DNA of 64,000 nucleotides, taken from positions 736,001 through 800,000 of the forward strand of contig JBMNFY010000017.1 of NCBI GenBank assembly GCA_050949565.1. Reading direction: 5' to 3'. Within the stretch, counting starts at the first letter, position 1. The number at the start of each line of letters is the position of its first letter. The translations under genes and the position numbers were made by a program. Origin of the DNA: Kiritimatiellia bacterium (GTDB taxonomy: Bacteria > Verrucomicrobiota > Kiritimatiellia > RFP12 > UBA1067). The notes under the pieces were generated by a model. That model was not told where the DNA came from. It ran no database searches and saw nothing but the letters and a program-made list of their open reading frames with translations. Positions 58,736 through 64,000 of the stretch are shown here, piece by piece.

Positions 58736-59406
58736 TGCAAGAAGGGGGAGGGAACGCCTTGCACGATTCATGGACAGCATTCACGCAGACTGAATTCCAG
58801 AAGCCTTACTTCAAGGCGTTGATGGATTTCTTGGAAGCGGCGTACGCCGCGCAGACCGTCTACCCGCCTCGGGACGACATCTTCAACGCCTACGCGCTGT
58901 CTGCCGACGCGGTGAGGGTCGTGATCCTCGGACAAGACCCCTACCACGGCCCGAGACAATCGCACGGGCTAGCCTTTTCGGTAAATGACACGGTGCCCCT
59001 GCCGCCGAGCCTGCGGAATATTTTCAAGGAGGTCCAGCGCGACACCGGTGCGCCGGTGCCCGCGACGGGGCATTTACAGCGTTGGGCCGATCAGGGCGTC
59101 ATGTTGCTGAACGCCACCCTGACCGTCGAAGCCGGATGCGCAGGCAGCCACCGCGGGCGCGGCTGGGAAACGTTCACCGATGCGACCATCCAGTGGCTAG
59201 CCGCGCGGCGCGACCACCTGGTCTTTATGCTGTGGGGGCGTGACGCGCGCCGCAAAAAAACGCTCATCGACGCATCACGGCATCTGATCCTTGAGGCCGC
59301 ACACCCCTCCCCGCTCTCGGCGCACGCCGGGTTTTTCGGATGTGGCCATTTTTCACAAGCCAACCGCTACCTGCTGGCTCACGGCCACACGCCGATCGTG
59401 TGGTAG
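58735..59406 (+). CDS. ung: Uracil-DNA glycosylase family 1
   Basis: GQDPYH, PPSLRNI, HPSPLS. Confidence 0.95.
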   Translation: MQEGGGNALHDSWTAFTQTEFQKPYFKALMDFLEAAYAAQTVYPPRDDIFNAYALSADAVRVVILGQDPYHGPRQSHGLAFSVNDTVPLPPSLRNIFKEVQRDTGAPVPATGHLQRWADQGVMLLNATLTVEAGCAGSHRGRGWETFTDATIQWLAARRDHLVFMLWGRDARRKKTLIDASRHLILEAAHPSPLSAHAGFFGCGHFSQANRYLLAHGHTPIVW

Positions 59407-59519
59407 CCGCCGCGCGGCCGCGCGGCGGCGCGGAGTTGACATTTAGGAGTTAGGAGTTAGGAGTTTTTTTCGTGTTTTGCGCACCCCCAAACGCCACCCT
59501 CCAACGCTCGTCGTTACCG

Positions 59520-59600
59520 GGCTTGCGAAGCGCTGGGAGGGGCAAGCGTCTGCTTGCCCGCGGACGAGCGACGCTCGTCCCTCCCGGTGCTCCGCGAGCC
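59520..59600. repeat. REP-like doublet
   Basis: GGGAGGGGCAAGCGTCTGCTTGCCC-GCGGACGAGCGACGCTCGTCCCTCCC, nearly identical to about 23897-23948. Confidence 0.8.
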
Positions 59601-59884
59601 GAACGACTGGATTTGGCGTGAGGCAAAAAACCTCCATGTTGCTATGATGACAACACCCGCCTCTAACAAGAAGCCAACAAGAAACTAACGCGAAAATCCG
59701 CACTTTTTCACGTTTTGCACTTGAATACTCTGCGGAAAAAGCCGAAAATGCGCACCTTCTTTTAACCGCTCCATGACAGGGAGCAAAAAGTGGTCCGCAG
59801 AAAAAAGCCCGACCACGCTATCCGGACATGTCGATCGGCGACTGAAGTCCGGAAGCAAGTAACGATCCAAGGAGTCTCAAGACC

Positions 59885-61972
59885 ATGCCCAGAACCATAC
59901 CACTGGACAAGATCCGTAATATCGGCATCATGGCGCACATCGACGCAGGAAAGACGACAACCAGCGAGCGCATTCTCTTTTATTCCGGCAAGAACTATAA
60001 AATCGGCGAGGTACACGAAGGCGCCGCCACCATGGACTACATGGCGCAGGAGCAGGAGCGCGGCATCACAATCACCTCGGCCGCGACTGCCGTGATGTGG
60101 CGCGAGCACCAGATCAGCTTGATTGACACCCCCGGACACGTGGACTTTACGGCCGAAGTGGAGCGTTCGCTGCGCGTGCTTGACGGCGCGATCGCCCTGT
60201 TCTGCGCGGTGGGTGGCGTGCAGCCGCAGACCGAGCAGGTGTGGCGTCAGAGCGAAAAATATGCCGTGCCCAAGCTGTGCATGGTCAACAAGATGGATCG
60301 CGTCGGCGCTAACTTCTTCAACGTGGTCAATGAGATCCGCTACACGCTCGGCGGCAATCCGGTCGTCATGGTCTATCCGATGGGCGCAGGCGAGTCCTTC
60401 CGAGGTGTGATCGATCTGCTGACAATGAAAGCGCTGACCTTTGACGATGCCTCGCGCGGCATCAAGGTTATCGAGCAGGAAATCCCAGAAGAGTATCGTG
60501 AGGAGTGCGAACGTCTGCGTGTCGAACTGGTCGAGAAAGCGGCCGAGCAGGACGATGCCCTGATGAACAAGTACTTTGAAACCGGCGAGTTGACCATCGA
60601 AGAGATCAAGGATGGTATACGCAAAGGCACTATCGCGCGCACGATCGTCCCCACCTTCTGCGGCACGGCATTCAAAAACAAAGGCATCCAACCGCTACTC
60701 AACGGTGTGATCGACTATCTGCCTTCACCTCTGGATGTTGGCGTCGTGGCCTCTGCCGACAATCCGGACGATAAGCGTAACCCGGACGACAAAGAGCCAT
60801 TCGCGGGGCTGGTGTTCAAGATTGCCACAGATAAGCACATGGGTAAGATCGCCTTTGTGCGTATTTACTCGGGAACGCTGAACGTGGGCGACACGGTCCT
60901 CAACAGCACGATGGATCAAGACTGCCGTATCGGACGCCTCTTCCGCATGCACGCCAACCATCAGGAAGCGTTGGAAGAAGCACATGCGGGCGATATCGTG
61001 GCTGTAATCGGTCTCTCGAAATCACGTACCGGCGACACGATCTGCGACCCGAAGAGCCCCATCGTGTTGGAGTCAATTGAGTTCCCCGCGCCGGTGATTG
61101 CGATTGCGATCCGCCCGGCTTCGCGCGGCGACAACGAGAAACTCGGCAACGCGCTGAACGCATTGGCGCAGGAAGACCCGACTTTCGTCGTTACCTTCGA
61201 CCAAGAGACCAGCGAGACCATTATCGCCGGCATGGGTGAACTTCACCTCGAGATCATTGTGGATCGTTTGCGCCGCGAGTTCGGCGTCGTATGCGAGGTC
61301 GGCAAGCCCGAGGTCGCCTACCGCGAGACGATCCGCCATCAAGTCGATGGCGAATACAAACACGTCAAGCAGTCCGGCGGTCGCGGCCAGTACGCTCACG
61401 TCTGTCTGCGTATTGAGCCACAAGAGCCGGGACGCGGCTTCTCCTTTGTCAACGAGGTCAAGGGCGGCGTGATCCCCAGCGAATACATCCCTGCCGTCCA
61501 GAAGGGTATTCTCAAGGCCATGGAGAGCGGCCCCTGCGGCGGCTTCCCCGTGGTGGACGTCAGAGTGGTCGTCTATTTCGGCTCGTACCACGAGGTCGAC
61601 TCGAACGAATTCGCTTTCGTCGAATGTGCGCGCCAGTGCTTCAGGCAACTCTTCCTCAAGGGCAACCCGCAGCTTCTGGAGCCGGTCATGAGCGTCGAGG
61701 TGGCGGTGCCCGAAGAGTATATGGGCACGGCGACCGGCTCGATCTGCTCGCGTCGCGGCCGCGTCGATGGCATGGACGACAAAGGTGGCAATAAGCTGGT
61801 GCGCGGCTTCGTCCCGCTCAGTGAGATGTTCGGCTATTCCAACGCGATCCGCACGGTCACCCAGGGACGCGGCACCTTCACGATGACCTTCGAGCGTTAC
61901 GAGGGCGTGCCCTTCGAACTCGCCGAGGCGATCATCGAGAAACGCAAGAAGGAAGGCAAAGTCCGCGGCTAG
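59885..61972 (+). CDS. fusA: Elongation factor G (stand-alone copy)
   Basis: AHIDAGKTT, RGITI, DTPGHVDF, NKMD, GMGELHL. Confidence 0.96.
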   Translation: MPRTIPLDKIRNIGIMAHIDAGKTTTSERILFYSGKNYKIGEVHEGAATMDYMAQEQERGITITSAATAVMWREHQISLIDTPGHVDFTAEVERSLRVLDGAIALFCAVGGVQPQTEQVWRQSEKYAVPKLCMVNKMDRVGANFFNVVNEIRYTLGGNPVVMVYPMGAGESFRGVIDLLTMKALTFDDASRGIKVIEQEIPEEYREECERLRVELVEKAAEQDDALMNKYFETGELTIEEIKDGIRKGTIARTIVPTFCGTAFKNKGIQPLLNGVIDYLPSPLDVGVVASADNPDDKRNPDDKEPFAGLVFKIATDKHMGKIAFVRIYSGTLNVGDTVLNSTMDQDCRIGRLFRMHANHQEALEEAHAGDIVAVIGLSKSRTGDTICDPKSPIVLESIEFPAPVIAIAIRPASRGDNEKLGNALNALAQEDPTFVVTFDQETSETIIAGMGELHLEIIVDRLRREFGVVCEVGKPEVAYRETIRHQVDGEYKHVKQSGGRGQYAHVCLRIEPQEPGRGFSFVNEVKGGVIPSEYIPAVQKGILKAMESGPCGGFPVVDVRVVVYFGSYHEVDSNEFAFVECARQCFRQLFLKGNPQLLEPVMSVEVAVPEEYMGTATGSICSRRGRVDGMDDKGGNKLVRGFVPLSEMFGYSNAIRTVTQGRGTFTMTFERYEGVPFELAEAIIEKRKKEGKVRG

Positions 61973-62003
61973 CGTAACCGGTTCCAGGGTTCCAAGGTTT
62001 CAG

Positions 62004-62093
62004 CCTAAAAAGAGCAGTTGGGTGTGCGGATTTTGAGCAAAGCCCCGTAAGCATTGGGTTTCATCGCGATCCTCGCCGCACCTGTTTGGTGCA
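62004..62093. mobile_element. One end of the MITE/IS-like element seen at 26589-26871
   Basis: CCTAAAAAGAGCAGTTG plus about 70 bp similar to the reverse complement of 26782-26853. Confidence 0.7.
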
Positions 62094-62426
62094 ACACAGA
62101 GCGGTGCTTTGGACTCAAAATAGACGCGAGGCACACAGCATTTTTGGACGACAACGGTACAGGTGTTTAGACGCACTACCGGCCCAAAGAGCCAGATGCA
62201 CCATAGCCCGGGGCTGCGCTGCGCTTGCCCTGGGCTAAGGTGAAGCCGCCCCTTCGGGGCTGTGACTCCGCGCCAGTTGAGCGTCACGCTGACCCCGCCA
62301 AGGAACTCTTCCTTAGCCCCTGCAGCTACCTTGTTGCCTTTGGTATCGACAACCTTCCCGACAAACACCCAGTCGCATAATTTTGTCAATTGCCCGAGGG
62401 TGCCTAACGAACCACTTGCGTCATTG

Positions 62427-62621
62427 TTATAGGGCAATTTCTTGTTTATGCGTTCCCGAATCTCTTTTTGTTCCCTGCTCTTGCGGCGATAACGGTTTGG
62501 GCGCTGGCATATCCAACTCAGGCGGCAATCTTACCACGACATCCGCTCTCTCTGCCTTAGCTTGAAATGTCATCAATAACAGGCCAACGAAAAACAACCG
62601 TCTATTCATGATTGGTTTCAT
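62427..62621 (-). CDS. Small secreted hypothetical protein or fragment; its continuation (62270-62437) is truncated by repeats
   Basis: Signal peptide; ATGA coupling to the upstream gene. Confidence 0.4.
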   Translation of the reverse strand: MKPIMNRRLFFVGLLLMTFQAKAERADVVVRLPPELDMPAPKPLSPQEQGTKRDSGTHKQEIAL

Positions 62622-63037
62622 TTGTTCGTGCCTGCATCGGTTGGGATTTCTGTTGTTGCCACCTGTTTTTCCAATTTTCCGTCTGCCGTTTTTTTTATTT
62701 TATAGGTCGTTTTTATGACCGGCCTCGATGCCGTTTTTGCCGGGATCGCGTTGCTTGAAAGTGATAACGGAGGCGATGCCGGGTTCCGCCGTTGGAAAAT
62801 GCGTGCGGCTTGATGAACCCATTCTGAATCGACTGCATTTGTGCTTGTGCTTTCAATCAATCTACGCGCCTTCTCCATGTCTCCGATGAGAGCCGTCATC
62901 CGCTCAACTTCGTTTGAGGCATGACACATACATTGAACAACAACGAAACATGATAACCAAGCACTTACACGTTTGTTGGACGAAAGATACCATTCATTTT
63001 TCCTGTATCGCTTGGGTGTCACGTTTGACACCTTCAA
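62618..63037 (-). CDS. Hypothetical protein
   Basis: Lower-GC ORF in a co-directional cluster; start uncertain. Confidence 0.45.
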   Translation of the reverse strand: MKVSNVTPKRYRKNEWYLSSNKRVSAWLSCFVVVQCMCHASNEVERMTALIGDMEKARRLIESTSTNAVDSEWVHQAARIFQRRNPASPPLSLSSNAIPAKTASRPVIKTTYKIKKTADGKLEKQVATTEIPTDAGTNK

Positions 63038-63158
63038 GAAGCTTCCGCCTTAGCTCTTCATCCGTAACGATTTCATCAACGGCAGCCAGTACTTTCTGAT
63101 ACCCCTTGGGATTGGCTTTGCAAACAGATTGCATTTCCTGTGTCTCCTTGTCAACGCA

Positions 63159-63854
63159 TTAAAACCGTTGCGGCTTGGGCAATCTGACGCGAATCGGTGT
63201 CTTCTCAACTGGGGGCGGGGTCGCCTCACCTTTCCCTGCACAGGGATCGCCATAGACCTCTATTTCTGTGTAGTGGTTGAAGTCGTATGTTTTCCCTTGA
63301 TCCATGATGCTCCCGTTGCTGTAAACTCGGACGTACCGGGCTTTGACACCGTTGACCGGAATTGAACGGCCCATGAAGGTTTCGATGTACTCCTTGTCTG
63401 TCCCTGCCCCCAGCCCGGCCGTGTTGTCGTGATCGTTGTTGAAAACGGTTTCCACGTTTTCCTTGAACATAACATCTGTGGAAAGTTGAATCACGACATC
63501 ACGGCAGACGTGAGGTTGGGGAAGGGTGCGCCAGATAAAAACGGCGTAGACGGACTGCGTCTTGCCGAGATCAATCTGTACCCATTGAAGCCCCGGGGCG
63601 AGTTTCACGGAAAACCCCTCGCCGCACTCTTTGTTGCCGTCAGTGATAACAGCAAGCGCTTCTGAGCCTACTTGAGTGTCGCTTGAAGAAACAGCACATC
63701 CAGAGGAGAGCAGCTTATCGCAACCCACGGGCACCATGATCGGCGGGCGAGGCTTCGCGCCGCGTGAAGGCTCGAGATTCGGAGACCGAATATCCAAAGG
63801 TCTCGCCGAAAGCGCTAACGGCAACAGCATCAAAACAAATCGAGTTTTCATCAT
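63159..63854 (-). CDS. Secreted discoidin (F5/8 type C)-like domain protein
   Basis: ITDGNK, QWVQIDLG, KARYVRVY, YTEIEVYG. Confidence 0.8.
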   Translation of the reverse strand: MMKTRFVLMLLPLALSARPLDIRSPNLEPSRGAKPRPPIMVPVGCDKLLSSGCAVSSSDTQVGSEALAVITDGNKECGEGFSVKLAPGLQWVQIDLGKTQSVYAVFIWRTLPQPHVCRDVVIQLSTDVMFKENVETVFNNDHDNTAGLGAGTDKEYIETFMGRSIPVNGVKARYVRVYSNGSIMDQGKTYDFNHYTEIEVYGDPCAGKGEATPPPVEKTPIRVRLPKPQRF

Positions 63855-64000
63855 TTTCCCTCCGTTATGGATCAATAAAATGGGGGTATTGCTCCCCCGA
63901 ACTAATTTCAGCCCCTGATGCCCCTTTTGTTACACGGAAGGTGACATTTGTGTCATTCCCCGCTACTGTAACAACCAGTCGAAAATCTTGACGAACCGTC

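Noticed and set aside
1-64000. tRNA/rRNA genes, prophage, autonomous transposase
   Set aside because: None was recognisable by eye; a covariance-model scan was not possible.

Overview
GC-rich bacterial chromosomal window, probably from the PVC superphylum (Kiritimatiellia/Lentisphaerae-like). This is inferred from gene content, C-terminal G-[T/F]-hydrophobic tails and the repeat style. From left to right it holds carbohydrate-active enzymes and speD/speE, then a repeat-rich secreted protein with an AMOP-like C-terminal tip followed by an immunity-like gene and a broken second tip/immunity copy. Next is a complete chromosomal integron: an IntI with a long N-terminal extension, Pc, attI, two attC sites, and cassettes including a Dam-family MTase plus HNH nuclease pair. 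A large sigma54-type type IV pilus region follows (pilMNO(P)Q, pilT-TPR, minor pilins, two major pilins, pilB, pilC, pilR). It contains a 3.1-kb tandem duplication whose junction sits at the predicted +1 of the pilin promoter, and a perfect 21 x 143-bp array between two divergent sigma54 promoters. The right end carries housekeeping genes (bamA-skp-lpxD, ung, fusA). Most intergenic gaps contain a shared system of 'triple-9-mer' modules with common linkers, 6-8-mer microsatellites, REP-like hairpins and a MITE-like element. The triple-9-mer modules are the most striking unexplained structure.
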